IMG/VR virus record: IMGVR_UViG_3300005617_000117 | Location: 1-64,000 of that record | Source of the DNA: a virus | Reading direction: 5' to 3' (one strand) | Length of the DNA: 64,000 nt | Shown here: piece by piece, positions 17,075-26,800 of the stretch | How positions within the stretch are numbered: position 1 is the stretch's first letter | How the letters are laid out: each line of letters opens with the position of its first letter | The notes under the pieces: generated by a model | Database searches by the model: none | Told to the model about the DNA's origin: nothing | The model's input: only the letters and a program-made list of their open reading frames with translations | Made by a program: the position numbers and the translations under genes

Positions 17075-17656
17075 ATGGCCCTTAGACCATTTAGACAAGT
17101 TGAAGACATATATGACTATGACTTGCCCGTTCTAGAGACATCAGAACGAGGAGGCATTCTTTCATATGCTACTGCTTCCGGTCTAACATATTTACAGTAC
17201 GCGAGAGAGCCTAGCGGAGTTGTGCCTTTGGGGCTGCAATTAAACGATGTGGAATGGCTGAATTATCAGTATCAGCCTTATCCTCACGCCCGCGACGTAA
17301 GACTCCCATACGACGTTGTTAAAGTCGCCTTGCAGGGGCTTTTCGAGACTGACTGGCTTTACCTCGTAGGTGATATCTATGCAGGAATGCCAGCTTATGT
17401 GGGCCCTTCTGGCACATTTACAAATCTATCTTCTTTGGGAGGATATAGAGTTGGTAAATTTATGAGTGCTCTCGATCCTGATCCACATAATGTAACTATT
17501 GCTGGCTTAGGCTTTTCACGAAGTTTTCAAGAGCCACAAACCCACAACATTGTTATTGAAAATGACCAACGAGATCGTGTTACCGTCTTCTCGCCCGGGT
17601 ATGCCCGCGTGCGTATAGATCAGGGCACAATTCTAAGATCACAGGTGGGACAATAA
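17075..17656 (+). CDS. second capsid decoration-like protein (paralog of 13700..14182)
   Basis: Shares L.P.RQV, ERGGILS, G..L.DVE..N, G.F.TD, SAL and GY..VRI with the decoration protein. Confidence 0.7.
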   Translation: MALRPFRQVEDIYDYDLPVLETSERGGILSYATASGLTYLQYAREPSGVVPLGLQLNDVEWLNYQYQPYPHARDVRLPYDVVKVALQGLFETDWLYLVGDIYAGMPAYVGPSGTFTNLSSLGGYRVGKFMSALDPDPHNVTIAGLGFSRSFQEPQTHNIVIENDQRDRVTVFSPGYARVRIDQGTILRSQVGQ

Positions 17657-18192
17657 TGATTAATGTACCCGCAAATCAAAATCTTACTGCCAGTAGCGGC
17701 ATCGTTAATATGGGCTATTTGGCCGATCTCTATCATTCTATGATGGACGAAATGCTAGATGATATGGGTCGAGAAGTAACAATTCATTTAGAGCCGCAGA
17801 TTGCTTCTGATACTACAACTAATAGCCAGCCCCAAGTAATGCAATTAAATCCATTTTTTGGTCGTACGGTGTCGCCAAGCCCAAGTACAAAAGGGCCCGG
17901 AGTCAAAATCACACAACGAGACACGACTTACAAGGCTCATATTAGAGTCGGCCCTTACGCCGGTCCCAACTTAAGTGGTATGGGCACTTTGAAAGAAAAT
18001 GAGGCAATGATTACGGTCGTCATTGGTGCATTGTCTCATATTAAGGCGTGCCGTTCAATCAGCATTGAAGGCCGTCGTTATAGCGTATTAACAACAAGAC
18101 CGATTGGCCTTATTGACCGTAAATATGTGATGGTGAAAATAGCAGAAATTCAGGAGTCTGATATTAAAGACGATACAGGAACTAATGGTTAA
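17656..18192 (+). CDS. putative head-closure/stopper protein
   Basis: Position in the neck cluster. ISIEGRRYSV is typical of head-tail joining beta-barrels. Confidence 0.5.
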   Translation: MINVPANQNLTASSGIVNMGYLADLYHSMMDEMLDDMGREVTIHLEPQIASDTTTNSQPQVMQLNPFFGRTVSPSPSTKGPGVKITQRDTTYKAHIRVGPYAGPNLSGMGTLKENEAMITVVIGALSHIKACRSISIEGRRYSVLTTRPIGLIDRKYVMVKIAEIQESDIKDDTGTNG

Positions 18193-19220
18193 TGGGACTA
18201 GAATATAAATTACGCAGCACTCTAAAGCTGAACTACAAACTATTCCTAGACATGTGCTTCTTGCGAGAAGGTGGATTTACTACTGTCGCAAGTGGTCAGC
18301 AATTCTATGACGGTAGTGTAATGAGTTCATTGGTTCCAGACGAAAGTGCTCATGAGCTTTTCACGGGAATGCAAGTGGGTCAGGTTTGGCAATCAGCTTT
18401 CAGACAGTGGGTCTATGAATCTGGAGTGCCAGTTGATGGATCGCTTATTACTGCTCCTCCGCAGGTTGCTTCTGGTGTTTATATTCACGGTGCTTTTAGG
18501 CGGCCTGATGATCCTATATTTGCTCATAAGGTTGACTTTATTAATGGCCGTATTATTTTTGATAGCCCATTGCCATTAAATACCGAAGTTCACGCCGATT
18601 TTACCTACAGACATGTGAGGGTGGGCTTTGAGCATCAATTTAATCAGCAGTTTAATGACGGTTATATTGAGAGCAAATTTACAACTAATCCCGAAACTTC
18701 GATGCAGCTTGTGTACCCCTCGGGTACTAAACAGCCGTTCCCGGCCGTCTTTATTGAGGTTGATGGTAGAGATCATGCGGCCTATGAATTGGGCAATCGC
18801 TCTCTCATTACTCAGGACGAGATTAAATTTCATATTTGGGCCCTAGACGATCTCCAACGCGACAATATTGTGGATATCCTATATTCACAGACTAATAAAA
18901 CCATTCCTTTAATTAACTTTAATATTGCCCCTATTCCATTATCTGGCATATTCAATGAGATTTCGCCCGAGTATATCGCTTACCAAGATTTATTAAGAAA
19001 TAACAGGATCGTGACGACTATTGGCTCCGGCACGCCCCTAAGATATATGTCTTATATCGATAAGACTGTATTGCAAAATGAAGGAGCTACGCAAGAGTAC
19101 GAGAGGGCTCTTGTTACATTCTACGTCAAGACATATCTAAACGCCCCAGTAACCCCACTTGGACATGTTTTTGCCCCGATTAGTGACATTCCGTCCTTGG
19201 GGGACACGGCATTTAGCTAA
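18192..19220 (+). CDS. putative tail terminator/completion protein
   Basis: Terminator-like PFPAVFIE...YELG...IKFHIWA...QRDNIVDIL pattern, directly before the tube gene. Confidence 0.55.
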   Translation: MGLEYKLRSTLKLNYKLFLDMCFLREGGFTTVASGQQFYDGSVMSSLVPDESAHELFTGMQVGQVWQSAFRQWVYESGVPVDGSLITAPPQVASGVYIHGAFRRPDDPIFAHKVDFINGRIIFDSPLPLNTEVHADFTYRHVRVGFEHQFNQQFNDGYIESKFTTNPETSMQLVYPSGTKQPFPAVFIEVDGRDHAAYELGNRSLITQDEIKFHIWALDDLQRDNIVDILYSQTNKTIPLINFNIAPIPLSGIFNEISPEYIAYQDLLRNNRIVTTIGSGTPLRYMSYIDKTVLQNEGATQEYERALVTFYVKTYLNAPVTPLGHVFAPISDIPSLGDTAFS

Positions 19221-19227
19221 TGTTGCT

Positions 19228-19236
19228 TAGTGTATT
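19228..19236 (+). promoter_or_regulatory. putative late promoter TAGTGTATT (tail tube)
   Basis: Intergenic motif copy followed by leader hairpin cgttagggat...atccctggcg and RBS caggaga. Confidence 0.7.
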
Positions 19237-19298
19237 TAATGCGTTAGGGATACTTTAACTTCTTAATCCCTGGCGAATTAAAAGGCAGGAGAAATTAA

Positions 19299-20702
19299 AT
19301 GGTCAATAATCGTGTGTTCTGGCCAATCGAGCAAGTTGCGATCAAGGCAAACTCTATTGCGGCCACAGGGGCTGTCGCTCCCGTAAACTCAAGACGATAC
19401 ATTACTGGAGCCTTAGCTTCAGGTGTTAACGAAGTTGGAAATCAATGGGAAGTACCGCGTGGTTTGCAGTCTGCTGGTATGACAACTACATTCAATCTAG
19501 AACAGGTTTTCCAGATTGGACAGGTTGAAATTTACGAGAACTCTGAACGTCAGCCTGACGTAGAAATGACTCTAAGCAAGGCTATCGACGGTTCAAAGCC
19601 CATCTTCTTCATGGTGACTGACCCAACTCAGGGCAACGACATCGTAGCTCGTACTCAGAGCTTCAAGGTTGACGTTGCGATGGAGATTTATCCCGACTCA
19701 CAGTTCCGTGCAACAGGTCGTCCAATTACGATCGTCACGGCGTCGGGAATGGTTATTTCCAACATTTCGTACACGTTCCCCGTTGACGGCTTCGTAACAG
19801 AAGACATCACGCTTGTTGGTAACGACAAGATTTGGGGTACGCTCATCAACATTTCCGGTCAGACGCTCGGCAATGGTGGTACCGAAGCATTAGTCAACTT
19901 CGGTGACGATCAGAACGGCGGAAATCCAAGTGCTCCAAAGGGCTTACCTTCCGGCGTATTCGGACATGATGGAATCACCTCCCCTCTAGTTGAGGGTGGT
20001 GCCTTCGAACTTGCTGGTGGAACGGACGTAAACGGTGTAATTATCGTTGGCTCTGGTATCCAGCGTCGTGAAGACGTAGACCTACGCCGAAGCGTACTTC
20101 CAAAGGATATTCCTGGCATCAAGCAGTTCGCAAGTTCTGGTATCAATGCCGCATTCGTAAACGGCGGATTCGGTGCCCAAGGACCGGGAACGGCTTCTGC
20201 ATCAACACAGTTAATTGGTGATGCGAATACCGACTTCGTTCAGGAGCACATCCAGACGATTACGGTTTCAGTAGACCTTGGCCGTGATGACATCTTCGAA
20301 CTTGGTTCAAAGCGTCCTTTCGCAAAGGTTGTATCCTTCCCGATCGAAGTAACGGCCTCAGTAGAGGTTATTACTGCTCAGGGCGACCTAGTAGATGCTA
20401 GATCAGACTTGGACATCGGACCAGACAACACTGCTCCGAACCAGACGATGATTATTAGAACTGCTGACGGTCTACAGGTAGACCTTGGTGATGCGATGAG
20501 ACTCCAGGGCGTAGAGGTTGGTGGCGGAGACGCGGGTGGCGACAACATGACTGTAACCTACAACTTCGTAGGCTACAACACGTTCAACGTCAGTCACGAC
20601 TTCTTCCAGCCGAACCACAGAGTCATCATCTTTGAGACTGGCTTGAGCCGATTCAACGTTGGTTCACCACGCTTCAATAGAGCAGGACTAGGAATCTTCT
20701 AA
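19299..20702 (+). CDS. major tail tube protein
   Basis: Own promoter motif, strong RBS and terminator, capsid-like codon bias. Two internally repeated tube-like halves (GLQSAGMTTTFNLEQVFQIG and HIQTITVSVDLGRDDIFELG). Confidence 0.75.
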   Translation: MVNNRVFWPIEQVAIKANSIAATGAVAPVNSRRYITGALASGVNEVGNQWEVPRGLQSAGMTTTFNLEQVFQIGQVEIYENSERQPDVEMTLSKAIDGSKPIFFMVTDPTQGNDIVARTQSFKVDVAMEIYPDSQFRATGRPITIVTASGMVISNISYTFPVDGFVTEDITLVGNDKIWGTLINISGQTLGNGGTEALVNFGDDQNGGNPSAPKGLPSGVFGHDGITSPLVEGGAFELAGGTDVNGVIIVGSGIQRREDVDLRRSVLPKDIPGIKQFASSGINAAFVNGGFGAQGPGTASASTQLIGDANTDFVQEHIQTITVSVDLGRDDIFELGSKRPFAKVVSFPIEVTASVEVITAQGDLVDARSDLDIGPDNTAPNQTMIIRTADGLQVDLGDAMRLQGVEVGGGDAGGDNMTVTYNFVGYNTFNVSHDFFQPNHRVIIFETGLSRFNVGSPRFNRAGLGIF

Positions 20703-20714
20703 GAGTAATTAAAA

Positions 20715-20749
20715 CCCCCGGGGGAATTTGCCCCCGGGGGATCTTTTTT
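20715..20749 (+). terminator. intrinsic terminator after tail tube gene
   Basis: cccccggggg-aatttg-cccccggggg followed by atctttttt. Confidence 0.85.
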
Positions 20750-20759
20750 GGTGTTAGGT

Positions 20760-21932
20760 ATGGAAACGGTACAGGATATTTTGAATTATATTCTATGGGA
20801 TCGTCGCTTAGTTCTATTGCCAGATGGCAATGCTCTCGTCATACTAAATCCCACTCTAGAGGACAAAAATCGTGCCACTCTAGAAAAGCAAATTGTCATG
20901 CGACAAGCCTCGATTATGGAACTTCCCTCGGAAGATATTATATTTAAAAATGCCCGTGAAGGCGGAGAATGGACCGAAGAAGACGACCTGATTATTAAAG
21001 AGGCGGAAAATCATATCAAATTTCTAGAGTCAGAAAAGGCCCGACATAAGAGTGCGGCCAGAAAATCGGGCCTGGATAAGCAAATAGAAGAGACTAAGAA
21101 CAAGTTAGCTCTTGCTATGGAAAAGAAACAGAATCTCAGTACGTTAAGTGCCGAATACATGGGCAACGAGGCACAGGTCTTTGCTCTTATTAAAGCTACC
21201 GTAAGAAAAATGGACGGTTTACCTTTATTTGATGAAAACAATGGCGTTGCTAAACTCAAAGAGTCCGATGGTGGCTTAATTGCTACGCTTATTAGGGAAG
21301 TTATGACGGAGGGCGTACTGCCGCATTCAGAGATTCGGAAAGCCGCACGATCAATTGAGTGGCGGATGGTATGGACTCTTAATAGAGAGAATCTGGCAGC
21401 CTTATTTGGGACTCTTCCGGCTAACCTATCTTTTAATCAAAGAATGCTTGTTTATTGGAGCCGTGTCTATGATATGGCTTACGAATCTACCGAGAAACCT
21501 GATGACGATATTATTCAGGATGATGAAAAGTTCGACACTTGGCTTAAGAATCGTAACGAAGATAAGACCGACTCCGAAAAACTTAAAAAGACGGGCGGCA
21601 CGGACCACCACGAAAAGGGCGTAATCCTCGACGGTTATTATGTTGATGAGTGTACGTGTGGAGTGGCGGATATTAAGGTTAAGGGGCATGGAGAGCGTCC
21701 TAGACACGCTAACACATGTTTCTATGGCACATACAGGAAGTATACCCGCGAAGAGAAGAATAAGATTGCTGACGGCATATACGCCCGTAACTCCAGACGC
21801 ATTCAGATGCTCCAGACTCAAGAGCAGATGAAGGTCGCGGAGGTCGGTTTAATCGATGAAAAGGATCTTCGTACGAAGAAGTCAAGAATGCTCTTGGGAT
21901 CTAACCAAGAAGTTCACAGGATTAATAGATAA
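20760..21932 (+). CDS. putative tail assembly chaperone-like protein
   Basis: Charged helical protein between tube and tape measure. Its N-terminal half resembles 22486..23238. Confidence 0.5.
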   Translation: METVQDILNYILWDRRLVLLPDGNALVILNPTLEDKNRATLEKQIVMRQASIMELPSEDIIFKNAREGGEWTEEDDLIIKEAENHIKFLESEKARHKSAARKSGLDKQIEETKNKLALAMEKKQNLSTLSAEYMGNEAQVFALIKATVRKMDGLPLFDENNGVAKLKESDGGLIATLIREVMTEGVLPHSEIRKAARSIEWRMVWTLNRENLAALFGTLPANLSFNQRMLVYWSRVYDMAYESTEKPDDDIIQDDEKFDTWLKNRNEDKTDSEKLKKTGGTDHHEKGVILDGYYVDECTCGVADIKVKGHGERPRHANTCFYGTYRKYTREEKNKIADGIYARNSRRIQMLQTQEQMKVAEVGLIDEKDLRTKKSRMLLGSNQEVHRINR

Positions 21933-22486
21933 TGCAAAAAACATCAAAAGCTATACTCACCGAAAGTATTGAAAGACGAATGAAGCATGTCATGGTACAG
22001 CTTCTTAAGCAATTCGAGGAAAGATTTCCCGCTCTCAGCGATGACCAATATGGTCGCTTATTTAAGTTCGATATTAAGAACCAATTTAATGACGCTATGC
22101 GGGCGACGCGAGACGAGATCCGTGACTACGATGTAGAATATCGGCCAATGCGTTTTAATCCAGATAATACGCTTAGTGTGACAAAAGCTTTTATCGAGGG
22201 CGTCCAGCACATTTACTTTAATTCTATAGGCCCAGGAATGAAGATTGTTGCGGGGTTTAGTCCAGATAATTGTAGAATATTGGAAGCTATTAGAAGAGAA
22301 TTGGGCACGGGAATTGTTTATTCCTCATTTGATAATAAGACAGTAACATTTTCTGTGAATGGATTAGAGAACTGTATTAATGCAGTTATTCCATTTATGG
22401 ATCTATATAAATTACTTTCTCCGGTACAGTCTGAATATGCTACCTGGAGAAATATCGTGATTGGCGTTTACAATGGAGATAGGTAA
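21932..22486 (+). CDS. hypothetical protein
   Basis: 184-aa ORF coupled on both sides. Confidence 0.7.
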   Translation: MQKTSKAILTESIERRMKHVMVQLLKQFEERFPALSDDQYGRLFKFDIKNQFNDAMRATRDEIRDYDVEYRPMRFNPDNTLSVTKAFIEGVQHIYFNSIGPGMKIVAGFSPDNCRILEAIRRELGTGIVYSSFDNKTVTFSVNGLENCINAVIPFMDLYKLLSPVQSEYATWRNIVIGVYNGDR

Positions 22487-23238
22487 TGGACAAGATTTTT
22501 AAGGCTATTGATCGATATGGTGCTGAAATGGAGTTCGAGATTATCGAACCCACCGACGCTTTGACCCGCGAAGCAGATATGATTTACCGCAAGGCTTATA
22601 GCGAAGCTATGAAGGAAGGTATTCTTACCCGTGAGAAGATGCGAGAGCTATTTGATAAGCACGGCGTCTGGACTAAAGACGATGAAGATGCTTTTAGGGG
22701 CATGGTGGGAGAATTAACTGACCTTAATTTTAAGTTAGAGGACGCATCTAAGAAGAGTGATACTAGTGAGTGTATTAAAATAGCAGGAGAAATGGGTCAA
22801 ATTAGACTTAAAATGCTTAAGTCATTTAATATCCAGCAAACCGCCTATCTACAGTCTTGCGAGGGGTATGCTGAGTTAATGAGACTAGAATCTCTTATGG
22901 CTAGTTGCGTAGTTGTTAAGTCCAATAAACAGCGTTATTGGAAGACGTACAAGGACTACGTAATTGAGCGAGATCAGAACGACAAGTCAAATGTTGCTGT
23001 TAAAGCCTTAGCTTGTCGGAATATGATGTACGAACAGGACCGTGACGAAATTATTAACTCTTATCCAGAACAGCGGTGGTTGAAAGAAAAGCATTCAGAA
23101 ATGGTGGATAAGGCCAAAGAAGAGGCTCATAGAGTGCTGTTAGAACGAGTGAATGCATTAAAGGAAGCAGAAAGTGCCAACAAAGTTCCAAGTGAAACTA
23201 CTACGAACAGTGTCAGCGATCAAGGGGCCGCTAGCTAA
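22486..23238 (+). CDS. putative tail assembly chaperone-like protein (paralog of the 20760 N-terminal half)
   Basis: Shared PT...A, G.WT..D and S.E pattern. Position before the tape measure gene. Confidence 0.5.
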   Translation: MDKIFKAIDRYGAEMEFEIIEPTDALTREADMIYRKAYSEAMKEGILTREKMRELFDKHGVWTKDDEDAFRGMVGELTDLNFKLEDASKKSDTSECIKIAGEMGQIRLKMLKSFNIQQTAYLQSCEGYAELMRLESLMASCVVVKSNKQRYWKTYKDYVIERDQNDKSNVAVKALACRNMMYEQDRDEIINSYPEQRWLKEKHSEMVDKAKEEAHRVLLERVNALKEAESANKVPSETTTNSVSDQGAAS

Positions 23239-23833
23239 CGCCTTTAGACTTGTATTGCTAGAATTTAATATCTGGCTTGCCAAGGATCTTAAGAGGGCTT
23301 TAATTTACGGTGGACTAGGGATCGAAGGAATTACACAAACTTCTTTTTATCAGTGGTTAACTAGTGAAGACGGTTTAAGCCAACTAGGTATTCCGGCAGA
23401 CGAACCACCAAAGCTATTAGCTGCTTATGATAAGACGTTTCGCGTAGATACGCGAGGTTTTACAACTAAATTTGATTTCGGGAATGTTTACAATCTGTTG
23501 CAGGCGACGCCACATCCGGCAAATGGCACGGGACAGTTAAAGATTAAGTCGTGGATGTCCTGGGTGATAGATGGTAAAGTAGTGCCTAACTATGGTTATG
23601 TACCTCGTAACAAACTGCCAAATAGTAGAAAGTTGAGACAACACATTCGTCTTAATGATCCATTGGGAGGTTTGATGTTAAGAGCAAATAAGTTTGGTTC
23701 CACAGGACATTGGGCGTTGCCAGCCGTAGTAACAACGTATGCCGACCAATGGTTTATTAGCAATCAGGCCAAGATAGAAGCGGCAATGCAAACGAAACTT
23801 GAAGAAATCTTTACTCGTAGGTTAGCAATTTAA
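23174..23833 (+). CDS. hypothetical tail-region protein
   Basis: 219-aa ORF with GTG start after aaggaag, coupled to the tape measure gene. Confidence 0.6.
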   Translation: MPTKFQVKLLRTVSAIKGPLANAFRLVLLEFNIWLAKDLKRALIYGGLGIEGITQTSFYQWLTSEDGLSQLGIPADEPPKLLAAYDKTFRVDTRGFTTKFDFGNVYNLLQATPHPANGTGQLKIKSWMSWVIDGKVVPNYGYVPRNKLPNSRKLRQHIRLNDPLGGLMLRANKFGSTGHWALPAVVTTYADQWFISNQAKIEAAMQTKLEEIFTRRLAI

Positions 23834-26800
23834 TGGGTAGAATTCAACTAGAGGGTATCCTCAAGATAATCGATGTTGATATTAATCCGGCGGTCTTCCA
23901 GAAGATCAGCCGGGCAGTCAGCACTCTACCTTCGTCTTTCCAGCAAACCAGTAAGGCCGTTGGACAAACAACTTCTAATGTCCAGGGGCTTACTTCGAGT
24001 ATCGCCAAAACTAATCAGCAATTAAGTTTGGGCAATGCATTTGCCCAAAAGTTCTTGCAGCGAATGGCTCAGTTCGCCATCTTGCTTCCCATCTTCGCAA
24101 CTCTTAACAAAGCAATTCAGGGTGGCGTTAAGTTTATTAGCGACTTCGAATCAGAACTATTAAACATCGTCAGAATCGATCCTAAGAATGCGGTCGCCAG
24201 AATCCAAGAGATTTCTGATGCTGCCCTAGATATTGGTACTCGATTCGGTGTATCTGCCATCGAAGTTATTAAGAGCGTAAAAGTATTCGTCCAAGCTGGC
24301 GAAACCATTAGTTCCGCTCTAGATAAAGCTAGAGTCGCGGCTATTGCGACACAAGTGAGCACGCTCGATCTTGCACAGGCACAAGAACTACTTATTGGTG
24401 TACAGAAGCAGTTCTCAAATTCTGCTCTTTCAAATATCGAGATTCTAGACAAAGTATCGAAGGCAGAAGACTTGTCTGCTTCAGACGCTCAAGACATGGC
24501 CGACGCTTTCACGGCTGGTGGTAACGCTCTTGCTTTCGCCACTAAGGACTTCGATTATGCCATTTCTTTTATTGCTGGTTTACGCGAACAAACAAGAAAG
24601 ACCGGTAAGGAAATCGGAACATTCGCTAAGACAGTAGTTCCTAGATTATTTGCTAAGGGCGAAAGCCGCAGTGCTCTCGAACAGTTGGGCGTTTCCGTAC
24701 AGGATCAAACCGGCGAACTACGACCATTACAAGACGTTCTAAAAGATACAAAGACGGCGTTTGACGGTTTAACTGAGGCTGAGCAAGTCAATGCCGCGAA
24801 GGCTATCGCCGGAGCTAGACAATTCGAATCATTTTTGGCGACATTAAAGGCTGTCAACAGAACCAGCGAGATTTATACCGCAACAACAAATGCCGGTGGC
24901 ACCGCTGCTAATAAGTTAGCAATTGTTCAAGAAAAACTATCATACCAAGTCGATCAGACGATTGCCGAGTTCCAGAAACTAGCTGTAGAACTTGGTAATG
25001 CAGGACTTCTTGATTTCTTCAAAGATGCCTTAAAGGCCGCTCGTCTATTCGCACAAGGACTAGAAGAAACTGTTAAGGTAGCTAAGGCGTTGGGCGTAGC
25101 CGTTGTTCCATTGTTAGGCGTTGGTGCCTTCAAACTAGGAAAGATAGCGTTCGGTGGTAATAAGGGTGCTGGAGCAATACAAAATCCTATTGGCTCACAA
25201 CAGAGAAACTTTGCTTCGTCGGTGATGCAAACCACTCAAGGAAATGTTTTAAGATCAGGCGTGAGTTCAGGCGATGCCGGTATGCAATTCGCTAAATTCC
25301 AGGCAGCCTCAATTGCTGCCGGTTTAGCACTAAAAGTATTTTCAGAAGTTACTAAGGATGCCACTGGCAAGATGGCACAAGCCAGTGCTGCCGTTGGCGA
25401 TATTCTAGGGGCTGCACAAACTGGATTTCAGGTAGCGGCTCTGCTAGGACCAAAAGCTGGTTTGATGGTTGGAGTCTTCGAATTAGTAATTGACGCTGCT
25501 TCTAAGATTTCAAAAGCTTTAGAAGAAAGAGCAAAAGACATAGAGCAAATTAGAGAAGACACGGCTCATCTTAATGCCTCAAGGGGCCTTGCTTTGGACG
25601 CTGCGGCTGGCGAAGTATTAACCAAGCCTATTCTTGAGGCTATGCAAAAGGCTATTAGTAAGAGCGGCGGAGTTATTAATGACTCCTTCTTTAAGACTAT
25701 CAATACGGCCATTAAGCAAACGGTCGGCAATCAGGATCTTATTAAACAGGCCGGAGTTAGTGCCGACACCAGCAAGGCCGATCTTACTGACGTTTTAGCA
25801 AATCCACAATTTATTAGGAATTTGGCCGCTGCTCATCCAGAGTTTCAGAGATTAAATAATGCTTTGAAAGACGGTATGAGTCTATCTATGCAGCAGACTG
25901 CTCTTTATCGGGATCTTTATGCCGCTGCTGGTGGTGCCACGGCCGCGATCCAGGGATTACTTGATACGCTGAAGGCGGTCAAGGAAAGAGATCAACTTCG
26001 TCAGCAAGAGGCCGCAATCAATGAATTGCTCGGTCAGCGTAATCAATTGCTTCGCACCGATGTTCCTCTGTTTCAGACAGAAGTTGAACAACTACAAGAT
26101 CGTCAAAAGGCTCTCGGTAAATTCCTTGATGTCGCGGGTGCAGCAAAGAAAGATTTCGAAAATCTTGCAAAGACAAATCCAAGCGAACTAGGTTTCGTAG
26201 GACAAGGTGCTCAAGCACAAGGTGCCGCCCAAGACTTCCTAAAGCAGATCGAAACTGCATTTAATAATGCTGGTAAGAATGGTGATTTCAATCTCACAAA
26301 AGTAATTGATGATATCGTCAAGAAAACAACTGTTGACACAACTTTCGGTGCAGAAGATCAGACTCCTATTAGCGAAGCCGAACAAGGCAAAATGACCAAG
26401 GCGGCTATGGAGTTCGTTTCCGTTCTTCAGAAGGGACTTTCTGAGGATATCGAACGAGCTAAAGTTGACTTTGAACTAAGACAGGCTCTTGGTAGACAGG
26501 CTATTGAGCTTGCTAAAGTCCAAAAAGATATACAAGAGGCCACTAAGGGGGCACTCGATAATGCCGAACTAGCTCTTATCAAGTTGGGCGTAGATGCCAA
26601 TCTAACTGGCGAGGATTTAACGAACCTCGGAAATCTAACTACTACGCAATTCAATCAGATCGTCAAAACTGGAACGGGTGCCAATGATTCATTGAAGAAT
26701 CTTATTGAGACATTCGCCGGTAACGGTTTAGCACAGGCACAGCAACAGGCTCGTATCTCTTCTGAGAGTTTTACAAAAGAGTTGGATGTGCTTGATGGTA

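Noticed and set aside
18314-18322. TAGTGTAAT copy inside the putative tail terminator gene
   Set aside because: An in-frame ATG follows immediately, but there is no SD or domain boundary to support it. Treated as probably chance.
20760-23833. Programmed frameshift in tail chaperone genes
   Set aside because: No convincing slippery heptamer near the gene ends, and each ORF has its own coupled start.
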